Shown here: positions 38,994 through 48,045 of the stretch, piece after piece
Layout of the letters: every line of letters starts with the position of its first letter
How positions within the stretch are numbered: position 1 is the stretch's first letter
Assembly (NCBI GenBank): GCA_965233585.1
Contig: CBDDTI010000746.1
Location: 640,001-704,000 of the forward strand
Length of the DNA stretch: 64,000 bases
Direction: 5' to 3'
Source: a bacterium
Lineage (GTDB): Bacteria > SAR324 > NAC60-12
Position numbers and translations under genes: made by a program
The notes under the pieces: generated by a model
Told to the model about the DNA's origin: nothing
The model's database searches: none
What the model saw: only the letters and a program-made list of their open reading frames with translations

Positions 38994-40049
38994 ATGATGA
39001 AAAAACTTTGCTCGTTCGCTTTGGCCTCTTCAATGGCAATAGCGGTGTTGGTGTCCATGTCTGCCGCGACTATGGCAGAACAAACTCTGAAAATTGGATT
39101 TTTGGGGTCAACTGATGATGAAGACCATGATGGCTCTTTAGTTTTTAAAAACTATGTAGAGTCTGCTTCCAACGGTTCTTTAAAGGTAGAAATCTACCCA
39201 AATGGTCGGTTTTGTTCCAATGCTGATGAATGTTCGGAAGCTCTGCTTGATGGCAGATTGGACATTTACATCACGACCAATGGTGGTTTGGCAGGCTGGT
39301 ATCCTCCTGCACAATTTTTAGACCTGCCCTATTTGTTCCCTAATGATGCAGTGGCAGAATGTGCTTTTGACTCAAGAATTACTGAAGCCCTTCGTAAAGC
39401 CGTTTTGGAAGAGGTAGGTGCTGCACGCCTGATGGCAATCTCTAATACTGGTGGCTGGAGAAATATTGCAACCACCAAAAAACAAGTCAAATCTCCTGAA
39501 GATGTCAAAGGATTGAAACTTCGCACGATTGGTGCAGAAATTCAAATTGAACTTGTGAAATCTATGGGGGGTAACCCAACCCCAATTCCTTGGCCTGAAG
39601 TTTACACTTCACTTGGAACAGGTGTTGTAGAAGGCACAAAAAATGGTATCACTGATATTGTCAATATGAAGTTTCAAGACCACCTGAACTATTTGGTGTT
39701 AGATGGTCATGCTTACATGGGAGCGATGTGGTGGATTAATGAAGACGTCTTTCAAGATTTAAGCAAAAATGAAAAACGTATCGTTTACCGAGGATTCCAA
39801 GAGTTAAAGTGGACGGCACGTCAAATGCCCAAACGTAAGTCTGTGGAAGCATATCAAGCCTTTCGTGATGCTAACGGAACAATTTACACCCCTACTGATG
39901 CACAGAAGGAAGAATTTAAAGCAGCCGCACGTCCTGTTTGGGCATGGTACGAAGATAAATTCGGAAGAGACTGGATTGATCTAGCTGAAGGTGCAGTCAA
40001 GTTCTGTCAAGCTCAACTTGAAATGGAATTTGAAAGAGCGACTCAATAA
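38994..40049 (+). CDS. dctP: TRAP transporter substrate-binding protein DctP
   Basis: Signal peptide; DLPYLF, GWRN, D.KGLKLR, W.EVYTSL.TGVVEG. Confidence 0.9.
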   Translation: MMKKLCSFALASSMAIAVLVSMSAATMAEQTLKIGFLGSTDDEDHDGSLVFKNYVESASNGSLKVEIYPNGRFCSNADECSEALLDGRLDIYITTNGGLAGWYPPAQFLDLPYLFPNDAVAECAFDSRITEALRKAVLEEVGAARLMAISNTGGWRNIATTKKQVKSPEDVKGLKLRTIGAEIQIELVKSMGGNPTPIPWPEVYTSLGTGVVEGTKNGITDIVNMKFQDHLNYLVLDGHAYMGAMWWINEDVFQDLSKNEKRIVYRGFQELKWTARQMPKRKSVEAYQAFRDANGTIYTPTDAQKEEFKAAARPVWAWYEDKFGRDWIDLAEGAVKFCQAQLEMEFERATQ

Positions 40050-40063
40050 AGGCAGCAGCTAGC

Positions 40064-40687
40064 ATGTCCCTCACAAACACTTTGTTTCACCCTCTGATTT
40101 ATGTGTTGCAACAAATCAATTTGTTGGTGGAATATGTGTTGAAGCCTATCGTTACTTTATTGATGGCTCTCATGCTAGCAACGGTGGTGTTTGCTGTCTT
40201 TTCGCGAACAACAGGAATCATTGCTCCATGGACAGAAAAAGTGATGCTTGTCCTGTTGCCGTGTCTTGCATTTTTAGTCGCTCCTATCGCATATAGAAGA
40301 GCGGCTAATGTCTCGCTTAATTTCTTCCAAGAAATGCTTCCTTCCTCATTGCAAAAACTCCATCAGTTACTCATTCATCTTTTGATAGGAGTCATTTTGT
40401 TTATTGCTTTAGACCTAAGTTTACGCAAAATTGGTATCAATCCTCAGCTGTTAACTGAACTGATTGATTTCGTTTTTGGGATAGATTTGTCAGCAATTCG
40501 CCCTTTCAAAGCACGGATTAAAATCCCCATTCTTGGCATTGAATTGAAAACCGTTTACACCACTATCCCAATTTGTGTGTTTCTTATGATTTCAGTCAAT
40601 TTTGAAATGATCTTGCGTTCTTTCCTGAAAGACCATGAAAGAAACTTCACCTTGACCGATTTGAGAAATCACAAAAATAATCAATGA
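40064..40687 (+). CDS. dctQ: TRAP transporter small permease DctQ
   Basis: Four TM helices, PWTE motif, located between dctP and dctM. Confidence 0.8.
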   Translation: MSLTNTLFHPLIYVLQQINLLVEYVLKPIVTLLMALMLATVVFAVFSRTTGIIAPWTEKVMLVLLPCLAFLVAPIAYRRAANVSLNFFQEMLPSSLQKLHQLLIHLLIGVILFIALDLSLRKIGINPQLLTELIDFVFGIDLSAIRPFKARIKIPILGIELKTVYTTIPICVFLMISVNFEMILRSFLKDHERNFTLTDLRNHKNNQ

Positions 40688-40722
40688 TTAATAGGTTGTT
40701 GACCTCAAATATTTAAAAAAAC

Positions 40723-42024
40723 ATGGTATCAGCGTTTTTATGGATTTTCTTAGCTTCATTGGCATTGGCTATTCCAGTTGTTTTTGGTTTGATTGGAACG
40801 TCTGGAATTGTCATTATCAATGAATGGGGGAATGCTTTTAAAATACGCGACCTTAATTCTATTCTTTCTCAAATCTTTTCGGGTATTTCATCAGTTCCAT
40901 TGCTTGCGCTGCCTATGTTTATTTTGGCAGGAGAGTTGATGAACACGGGGGGAATTACCCAACGTTTAGTGCAGTTTTCTCAGACGTTAATTGGTCATCT
41001 GCGGGGAGGATTAGCACAAGTCAATATTCTTTCTTCTGTCCTGTTTGCAGGTTTGTCTGGGTCTGCAGTGGCAGACACTTCAGCGCTGGGGTCTATGTTG
41101 ATTCCTGCAATGGAAAAACAAGGCTATACCAGACGTTTTGCAACTGCGGTAACAGCGGCGTCTTCTGTGATTGGTCCCATCATTCCTCCCAGTGGAATTA
41201 TGATTATTTATGCTTTTATCATGGGAGTTTCACCTGCTGCAATGTTTGCCGCTGGTATGATTCCCGGTTTGATGATTGCGGGGGGTTTGATGCTGTTAAC
41301 ATGGAGGCTTTCAATACGTTACGACTTTCCTGTTGCCAATCAACGTTCCAGCCTCAAAGAAATTTATAATGCAGGCAAGATGACATTCTGGCCCCTGCTG
41401 ACGCCTGTCATTTTATTAGGGGGGATTTTAACAGGAATTTTTACCCCAACAGAAGCTGCAGGTGTTGCCGCATTTTATGCCTTGATTGTTGCATTATTTG
41501 TGATTAACGCCTTGAAATTCAGAGAACTGCCTTCTATTTTTTATCGTGCCGCTGTTTCGTCAGGTGTGATTTTGATGTTGATAGGGGCATCTAAAGCGTT
41601 TTCTTGGATTGCAGACCAAGTGGGTGCGGCACAACTGATTGCAGAATTTGTCATGGGCATTAGTACCAACATGGCAGTTTTGCTCATTGCTCTGAATTTA
41701 ATGCTGTTTGTTGTGGGTATGTTCTTAGATGCAGGACCTGCTATTTTGATTCTTGGACCTATTTTAAGCAAAGTGTTTGTGACACAAATAGGCATGGATC
41801 CTCTTCACTTTGCAATCATCATGTGTGTCAATGTCACTGTGGGGCTAGCAACACCCCCTATGGGACTTGTTCTTTTTGTTGCCGCCTCTATTTCTAAAGA
41901 ACGTGTAGAAGTGATTGCCAAATCTATATTCCCTTTTCTTTTGGTAGAAGCGGGGGTGATTTTTCTCATTACCTTCGTGGAAGACCTCGTTCTTTTTGTC
42001 CCTCGCTTGTTGGGATTACACTAG
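40723..42024 (+). CDS. dctM: TRAP transporter large permease DctM
   Basis: LLALPMFILAG, SGSAVAD, IIPPS, FTPTEA, TPP.G. Confidence 0.92.
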   Translation: MVSAFLWIFLASLALAIPVVFGLIGTSGIVIINEWGNAFKIRDLNSILSQIFSGISSVPLLALPMFILAGELMNTGGITQRLVQFSQTLIGHLRGGLAQVNILSSVLFAGLSGSAVADTSALGSMLIPAMEKQGYTRRFATAVTAASSVIGPIIPPSGIMIIYAFIMGVSPAAMFAAGMIPGLMIAGGLMLLTWRLSIRYDFPVANQRSSLKEIYNAGKMTFWPLLTPVILLGGILTGIFTPTEAAGVAAFYALIVALFVINALKFRELPSIFYRAAVSSGVILMLIGASKAFSWIADQVGAAQLIAEFVMGISTNMAVLLIALNLMLFVVGMFLDAGPAILILGPILSKVFVTQIGMDPLHFAIIMCVNVTVGLATPPMGLVLFVAASISKERVEVIAKSIFPFLLVEAGVIFLITFVEDLVLFVPRLLGLH

Positions 42025-42071
42025 TTTGTCTCCATTTTTCTTTGATTTGTCTCAGTTAGAAGAGGTTACAA

Positions 42072-43127
42072 GTGTCTAAAATGATGCTGGGAGTTTACCT
42101 TCCCGGTGATTCAACTGCTGTCTTAAAAGAAGTTCCAATTCCCAAACCAGGTATTGGGGAGGTGTTGTTAAAAGTCAAAGCCAGTGGAATTTGTGGGTCT
42201 GATATACATTTCATTTACCACGAACACAAAGGACGCAAAGGTAAGGGAACTGCCTACTGGAATGTGATTGCTGGGCATGAACCCTGTGGTGAAATTGTTG
42301 AGCTGGGACAAGGCTGTCGTTTTTTTAAAGAAGGAGACAGGGTTGTTGTTTATCATGTCTCAGGCTGCGGATTTTGTCGTAACTGCAGAAGAGGCTTTCA
42401 AGTGTCTTGTTCAGAACCAACTAGAAAAGGATATGGTTGGCGGAGAGATGGAGGGCATGCTAATTATCTCCTTGCTGATGAGAAGGATTTAGTCAAACTT
42501 CCCAAAGAACTTTCATGGAAAGATGGTAGCTTTGTCGCATGTGGTGTTGGAACAGCCTATGAGGCAACGTTGCGAGCAAATATTTCTGGGGTGGATTGTG
42601 TCTTGGTTGTAGGTTTGGGACCTCTTGGTTCTGCTGTGTCTCTGCTTTCCAAAGGAAGAGGGGCAAAACTAGTCATAGGAGTAGATACTCAACCCCAACG
42701 AGTAGAATCTGCCAAAAATCAAGGTTTGGTTGATTTGGGGCTAGTTGTAGGAGATGAAACTTTGGAACAAATTGATGAAGTGACGAAAGGAGGTGCTTCT
42801 TGCACCATAGATTGTTCAGGCAATCCACATGGTCGTTTACTGGCTTTGCAAGCATGCCGTGAATGGGGACGCACTGTTTATGTTGGGGAAACAGGTCATG
42901 TGCAATTTGACGTCTCTGATGAACTTTTGCACAAACACCGAACAATCATTGGCTCTTGGGTCACCAGTTTAGCCAATATGGAAGATTGTTGTGACAACCT
43001 TGTCGCTTGGAATCTTCACCCAGAAGCTATTGTACAGGACGTCTTTCCTTTAGAAAAAGCCCCAGAAGCCTACCAAATGATGGCAGAAGGCAGCTGCGGA
43101 AAGATTGTAATTGACCCAGAACTCTAA
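42072..43127 (+). CDS. yphC: Zinc-binding (MDR) dehydrogenase, YphC-like
   Basis: GICGSD, GHEPCG, CGFC.NC...C; overall sequence (YLPG.ST, YGW.RDGGHA, GETG.V.F.VS, IIGSWVTSL) recalls E. coli YphC. Confidence 0.8.
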   Translation: MSKMMLGVYLPGDSTAVLKEVPIPKPGIGEVLLKVKASGICGSDIHFIYHEHKGRKGKGTAYWNVIAGHEPCGEIVELGQGCRFFKEGDRVVVYHVSGCGFCRNCRRGFQVSCSEPTRKGYGWRRDGGHANYLLADEKDLVKLPKELSWKDGSFVACGVGTAYEATLRANISGVDCVLVVGLGPLGSAVSLLSKGRGAKLVIGVDTQPQRVESAKNQGLVDLGLVVGDETLEQIDEVTKGGASCTIDCSGNPHGRLLALQACREWGRTVYVGETGHVQFDVSDELLHKHRTIIGSWVTSLANMEDCCDNLVAWNLHPEAIVQDVFPLEKAPEAYQMMAEGSCGKIVIDPEL

Positions 43128-43178
43128 TCAATCAAAGTCAAACCAAGCTCCTCCTAATCTAGCATTCTTGCTAGAAAT

Positions 43179-44222
43179 TCAAAGTTTATCTTTTTTCGTG
43201 ATGGATTCACGGCAGAACCTTTTAACATTTTCCCAAAGCTTTGCCATGCCCAGTGGCTCGTAGATCATAAAAACGATAATCAAAACGCCAAAAACTATCT
43301 GCTCAACAGAAGAAATGATGGTCGCATCAATTCCACCGTGAAACACGTTATTGCCAATGCTATTAAGCAAGATGGGGAAAAGTAGAATAAATGCCGCTCC
43401 GATGAAAGCACCGTTTATGGTTCCCAGTCCACCAAGAATTGCCATGAAAAGCACTTTGAACGAAAGTTTGATGTCAAAAGCCACCGGCTCTAAAGACTTC
43501 AGGTAAGTAAACGCAAACAACGCGCCAGCTACTCCACAATAAAAGGCACTAATTGCAAATGCCTGAAGTTTCGTTTTCAGTAGGGATATTCCCATGGATT
43601 CTGCAGCAATGTCCATATCACGGACAGCCATCCACTTTCTGCCAGTGCTTCCCCTTGCCATATTCACTGCCAAGAGAGTCAGGACTGTCACAACGACCAC
43701 AATCACCAGAAACATTTCTACTGGTGTAGTAAATGATTTTCCCAAAATCACAATATCTTGTGCGGTGATGATCCCTGATGAATCGTAGTTTTTGAACCAA
43801 CCAAATTTATCAATCATCCAGATGATAAAAAATTGGGACGCCAAGGTGGCTACCATCAAGTAAATTCCCCTCACCCTCAGGCTTGGTAATCCAAACAGAA
43901 TCCCAAAAAAAGCGGCAATCAACCCCGACAAAATCAGTGCGCCAAAAAAAGGTAAGTGAGGAACACGAAGAATCAGGTTGAAACAAGCAAAGGCGCCAGC
44001 AGCCATGAAACCAGCAGCACCCAATGCAAGTTGCCCTGTGTAGCCCATCACAATTTGTTGTCCGATTGTGGCAAGAGCTAAACACAACCAAGGTATCAAA
44101 ATGGAAGTGTACCAATAATCACTTGTGACCAAAAATGGAATCGCAAGAAACGCTAAAACCATCAAAGCACAAAAGTTTCTAATATCTCTCTTTGAATATG
44201 TCCAAAAAATATATTTTTCCAT
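43179..44222 (-). CDS. Branched-chain amino acid type ABC permease (LivM-like)
   Basis: GYTGQL.LG, LR.RG.YL..ATL, GR.W.AVRD..AAESMGI, GGLG. Confidence 0.9.
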   Translation of the reverse strand: MEKYIFWTYSKRDIRNFCALMVLAFLAIPFLVTSDYWYTSILIPWLCLALATIGQQIVMGYTGQLALGAAGFMAAGAFACFNLILRVPHLPFFGALILSGLIAAFFGILFGLPSLRVRGIYLMVATLASQFFIIWMIDKFGWFKNYDSSGIITAQDIVILGKSFTTPVEMFLVIVVVVTVLTLLAVNMARGSTGRKWMAVRDMDIAAESMGISLLKTKLQAFAISAFYCGVAGALFAFTYLKSLEPVAFDIKLSFKVLFMAILGGLGTINGAFIGAAFILLFPILLNSIGNNVFHGGIDATIISSVEQIVFGVLIIVFMIYEPLGMAKLWENVKRFCRESITKKDKL

Positions 44223-44243
44223 AGTATATTGTCTGTTTTGAAC

Positions 44244-45146
44244 TCACACTCTCTTAATGATCTTCTCACCAAATAACCCCTCAGGTCTGTACAATAAGAA
44301 GAAAATTGCTAATACGTAGGGTGCCCAGCCTTCAATCGCACCACCAAAATAAGGACCAATGTACACCTCTAGCACTTTTTCTGTTGCTCCAATGAGTAGT
44401 CCGCCAACAATCGCACCGGGTATTGAGGAAAACCCTCCTATGATTAAAACTGGCAAAGCCTTCAATGCCAGATCAACAAGTGCAAATTGAACTCCAGCCC
44501 TTGCGCCCCACATGCACCCAGCGACTAGTGCCACAACACCTGCTGAAGACCAAACTAGCAACATGATGTTTTTTAAAGGAATACCCACAGAACTTGCAGC
44601 GCCAGGGTCATCAGCAACAGCTCTCAGACCCAGACCCATTTTTGTGTACTTGAACAACAAAGCGAGTCCAATGATCATAGCAAAAGCAACCACCCCAGCA
44701 GTTAGGTCAAGTGCGCTGATAAATAACGATAAATTGTCAGCGATCCAAGGTATGGGAAAGTCACCAATGCCTAAATCCAATCTTCTAACTTCAACACCCC
44801 AAGCCGCTTGAGCTAGCCCTTCAAGCACAAATCCAAGACCAATCGTTGCCATTAACAAAGTGTCTTCACTTTGGTTAATCAGTGGTTCTAAAACCAATCT
44901 TTCAGTAAAGAAACCGACAAGAATCATCAGCACAATGGTCACGATGAATGCCAGAACAAAGGGGATCCCGAGTTCCATGAATCCGACAAAGGCAAGCACA
45001 GCAAAAAAGACCATGGCACCTTGTGCAAAGTTGAACGTTGATGAGGCTTTGTAGATCAATACAAAGCCCAGAGCAACTAATGAATACATCGTTCCAGCTA
45101 GCAACCCACCGACCACAACTTCAATAAAAAATAAGACTTCAGTCAT
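44244..45146 (-). CDS. Branched-chain amino acid type ABC permease (LivH-like)
   Basis: YSLVALGFVLIYK...NFAQG, G..LRAVADD, GG..SIPGA, RPEGLFG. Confidence 0.9.
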   Translation of the reverse strand: MTEVLFFIEVVVGGLLAGTMYSLVALGFVLIYKASSTFNFAQGAMVFFAVLAFVGFMELGIPFVLAFIVTIVLMILVGFFTERLVLEPLINQSEDTLLMATIGLGFVLEGLAQAAWGVEVRRLDLGIGDFPIPWIADNLSLFISALDLTAGVVAFAMIIGLALLFKYTKMGLGLRAVADDPGAASSVGIPLKNIMLLVWSSAGVVALVAGCMWGARAGVQFALVDLALKALPVLIIGGFSSIPGAIVGGLLIGATEKVLEVYIGPYFGGAIEGWAPYVLAIFFLLYRPEGLFGEKIIKRV

Positions 45147-45945
45147 GTGCAACTCCTAAGTATGCGTCTATGACGTCTTGGTTAGATCGGACTTCATCTG
45201 GTGGACCATCTGCAATCACTTTTCCATAGTCAAGCACGACTACGTTATCTGAAATATCCATCACGATTCCCATGTCGTGTTCAATTAACACTATGGCGGT
45301 GCCTAGTTCTTCGTTGACTTTGAGGATAAACCGACGCAGTTCCCTCTTTTCCTCAGTACTCATGCCTGCCATAGGCTCATCTAGTAAGAGTACCTCAGCT
45401 TCTGTTGCCAGCGCACGACCTAGCTCAACTTTCTTTTGCAGACCGTAGGGAAGTTTTCCAACTGGTGTATTCTGAATCCCTTCAATTTCCAGAAATTTGA
45501 CGATTTCTTCACATTTTGCCCGATTGACTTTCTCCTCATTCCTTGCCTTTGGCGTTTGGAAGGCAACCTGTAAAAAGTTAGCTTGAGTATGAAGTTTTCT
45601 ACCAACCAGAATATTATCCAGCACGGACATTCTTTTGAACAAAGCAAGATTTTGAAAAGTTCTTGAAATGCCTTTTTGTGCAATGAAATTCGGTTTGATT
45701 TTTTCCAAAACTTCGCCCTTGAACACTATCTTCCCCTCCTGAGGTCTATAAATTCCATTGATGCAATTCAGCATAGAACTTTTGCCAGCACCATTGGGAC
45801 CAATGATTGCTCTTACTTCATGTTCCAACAGACTGAAGGAAGTGTCAGTGATGGCTTTGACTCCACCAAAGCTTAGCGATATGTTTTTGACTTCTAGGAT
45901 TGGCTTGCCAATTAAAAATTTTCTTTCTCTTGTCATATCTGTCAA
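45139..45945 (-). CDS. ABC ATP-binding protein (LivG-like)
   Basis: GPNGAGKS, RTFQN, LPYG.QK.VEL, LLDEP.AG, IEHDM; ATG 45936 is an alternative start. Confidence 0.92.
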   Translation of the reverse strand: MTDMTRERKFLIGKPILEVKNISLSFGGVKAITDTSFSLLEHEVRAIIGPNGAGKSSMLNCINGIYRPQEGKIVFKGEVLEKIKPNFIAQKGISRTFQNLALFKRMSVLDNILVGRKLHTQANFLQVAFQTPKARNEEKVNRAKCEEIVKFLEIEGIQNTPVGKLPYGLQKKVELGRALATEAEVLLLDEPMAGMSTEEKRELRRFILKVNEELGTAIVLIEHDMGIVMDISDNVVVLDYGKVIADGPPDEVRSNQDVIDAYLGVAHD

Positions 45946-46739
45946 TCTCTGAGACCTTCCTCCTCTTTTGAAATGCCCAAGTACAATTCTTTGACCTTTT
46001 CATCGTTTGACAGACTTTTAGCAGTGCCATCTAACATCACTCTGCCTGTTTCAATAACGTAGCCATAGTCAGCATTTTTAAGAGCAATGTTTGTGTTCTG
46101 CTCTGCCAACAAAATTGAGACATTTTCTTTTTCATTGAGTTCTTTCACAATTCTAAAAATTTCAGCAACGAGTTGCGGTGCTAATCCCATTGACGGCTCA
46201 TCTAACAGCAGCATCCTTGGTTTTGCCATCATTGCCCTAGCGACTGCAATCATTTGCTGCTCACCACCAGAGGTATAACCTGCCTGCTTTTTTCTGCATA
46301 CTTTCAGCCGCTTGAAATAGTCATACATCTTTTCTAATTCCTGCTTAATTTCCTTCTTAGACAGCTTTCTTGAATAAGCCCCAGCAATGATGTTTTCCTC
46401 CACTGTTAAGTGTCCAAAACAACGTCTTCCTTCAAGAACTTGGACGACGCCTAAGCCGACCATCTTTGCTGGATTTAATCTTTCATCAACTTTTGTTCCG
46501 TCATACTCAATCGTACCCTTAGTCACCTTGCCTCTTTCGGTCATCAACATCGTTGAAATGGCTTTCAGTGTTGTACTTTTGCCAGCACCGTTGCCCCCCA
46601 AGAGGGCAACGATTTTTCCCTTTGGCACGTTGATAGAAACATCATGCAAAGCGACGATGACATTGTCATACGTCACCTCTATGTTTCTGACCTCAAGTAT
46701 GTTTTGTTGTTGAGAAGTCATTGAAGAAATGAAAGTCAA
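45942..46739 (-). CDS. ABC ATP-binding protein (LivF-like)
   Basis: GGNGAGKST, EGRR.F, SGGEQQM, LDEPSMGLAP, EQN; ATG 46721 is an alternative start. Confidence 0.92.
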   Translation of the reverse strand: MTFISSMTSQQQNILEVRNIEVTYDNVIVALHDVSINVPKGKIVALLGGNGAGKSTTLKAISTMLMTERGKVTKGTIEYDGTKVDERLNPAKMVGLGVVQVLEGRRCFGHLTVEENIIAGAYSRKLSKKEIKQELEKMYDYFKRLKVCRKKQAGYTSGGEQQMIAVARAMMAKPRMLLLDEPSMGLAPQLVAEIFRIVKELNEKENVSILLAEQNTNIALKNADYGYVIETGRVMLDGTAKSLSNDEKVKELYLGISKEEEGLRD

Positions 46740-47935
46740 GATTTTGTGTATTGCTCTGCTTCTTCTGACCCTTTAGTTGCATCGCCCTTGCTGTAAGAAT
46801 GTTTTCCCATTCCTGCAAGAGACCCATCTTTCACGATAAAGTATTCATCGCGAATGGGTTGGTTGTTGAAAAATCCCTCTAGGATTTCTCTTGTCCCAGC
46901 AGCATACCTTGTTTGTGCGGAAAGTGTTGTTCCTGATGTATGGGGGGTCATGCCATGGTGGGGCATGGTTCTCCAGATGTGGTCATTAGGAGCAGGTTGT
47001 GGAAACCAAACATCTCCAGCGTAGCCACTCAGTTGTCCCGATTTTAAGGCTTGTGCAACAGCTTCTTTGTTACAAATTTTGCCTCTGGCAGTATTGATTA
47101 AATAAGCACCTTTTTTCATTTGACTGATTAGGTCTGCATTAAATAAATTTTCAGTTTCAGGGTGTAAAGGGCAATTAATCGTCACAACATCACACACAGA
47201 AACCATAGATTTAACCGAGTCGTGAAAGACCAACCCTAGTTCTTGTTCAATAGACTCTGGCAGTCTGTGCCTGTCAAAATAATGCAAATGGACATCGAAA
47301 GGCTTCATTTTTCTCAATACGGATAGTCCAATACGACCTGCCGCCACTGTTCCTATGTGCATTCCTTCCACATCATAAGAACGTTTCACTGCATCAGCAA
47401 TATTCCAACCTCCAGACTTGGCAATCGCATACTGATTATGATAGTCACGGACTAAGGACAGAATCATCATCACCACATGTTCAGAGACAGAAATAGAGTT
47501 GCAATAAGTTACTTCTACAACGTCTACTTTGTGTTCCATGGCAGCTTGTAAATCCACATGGTCTGACCCAATACCTGCTGTAATTGCCAGCTTCAATTTG
47601 GGAGCTTTTTCCATTCTTTCTCTCGTCAGATAGAAGGGCCAAAAAGGCTGAGAAATGACCACATCAGCATCAACTAACTCTTTGTCTGCTTCTGAATCAG
47701 TTCCATCTTTATCCGAAGTCACTACAAGAGTATGTCCCTGCGATTCTAAAAACTTTCGCAATCCCAGTTCCCCAGAAACACAACCTAAAAGTTCCCCTGA
47801 CTTAAAATCTACATCACTTGGATTAGGCAGTGTCATTCCATCTGGATACTTCTCCAGCTTTGGCAATTCATCTAAAGGATAAGAGCTTGGCATTCCACCT
47901 TGAGGGTCATCGTACAAGACGCATAGTATTTTCAT
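46736..47935 (-). CDS. fdh: NAD-dependent (metal-independent) formate dehydrogenase
   Basis: LLGCVSGELGLR, SQPFWP, AGIGSDHVDL, NSISV.EH, AAGRIG, DRHRL, NTARG, GDVWFPQPAP..H.WR, MTPH.SG - all signature and catalytic residues of this family. Confidence 0.95.
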   Translation of the reverse strand: MKILCVLYDDPQGGMPSSYPLDELPKLEKYPDGMTLPNPSDVDFKSGELLGCVSGELGLRKFLESQGHTLVVTSDKDGTDSEADKELVDADVVISQPFWPFYLTRERMEKAPKLKLAITAGIGSDHVDLQAAMEHKVDVVEVTYCNSISVSEHVVMMILSLVRDYHNQYAIAKSGGWNIADAVKRSYDVEGMHIGTVAAGRIGLSVLRKMKPFDVHLHYFDRHRLPESIEQELGLVFHDSVKSMVSVCDVVTINCPLHPETENLFNADLISQMKKGAYLINTARGKICNKEAVAQALKSGQLSGYAGDVWFPQPAPNDHIWRTMPHHGMTPHTSGTTLSAQTRYAAGTREILEGFFNNQPIRDEYFIVKDGSLAGMGKHSYSKGDATKGSEEAEQYTKS

Positions 47936-47964
47936 TTGATTTTTCTCCTAGACATTTGATAATT

Positions 47965-48003
47965 AAAAAAAGACGGCAACGCCTCCCAATTTATGGGAAG
48001 CGT
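47965..48003 (-). terminator. Stem-loop (mRNA stabiliser or partial terminator) between SBP gene and fdh
   Basis: Minus strand ACGCTTCCCA-TAAAT-TGGGAGGCGT then TGCCGTC and T7. Confidence 0.55.
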
Positions 48004-48045
48004 CAATGTGACCACATTGTGCTGGTCAACTTGTTTGTTAAAACT

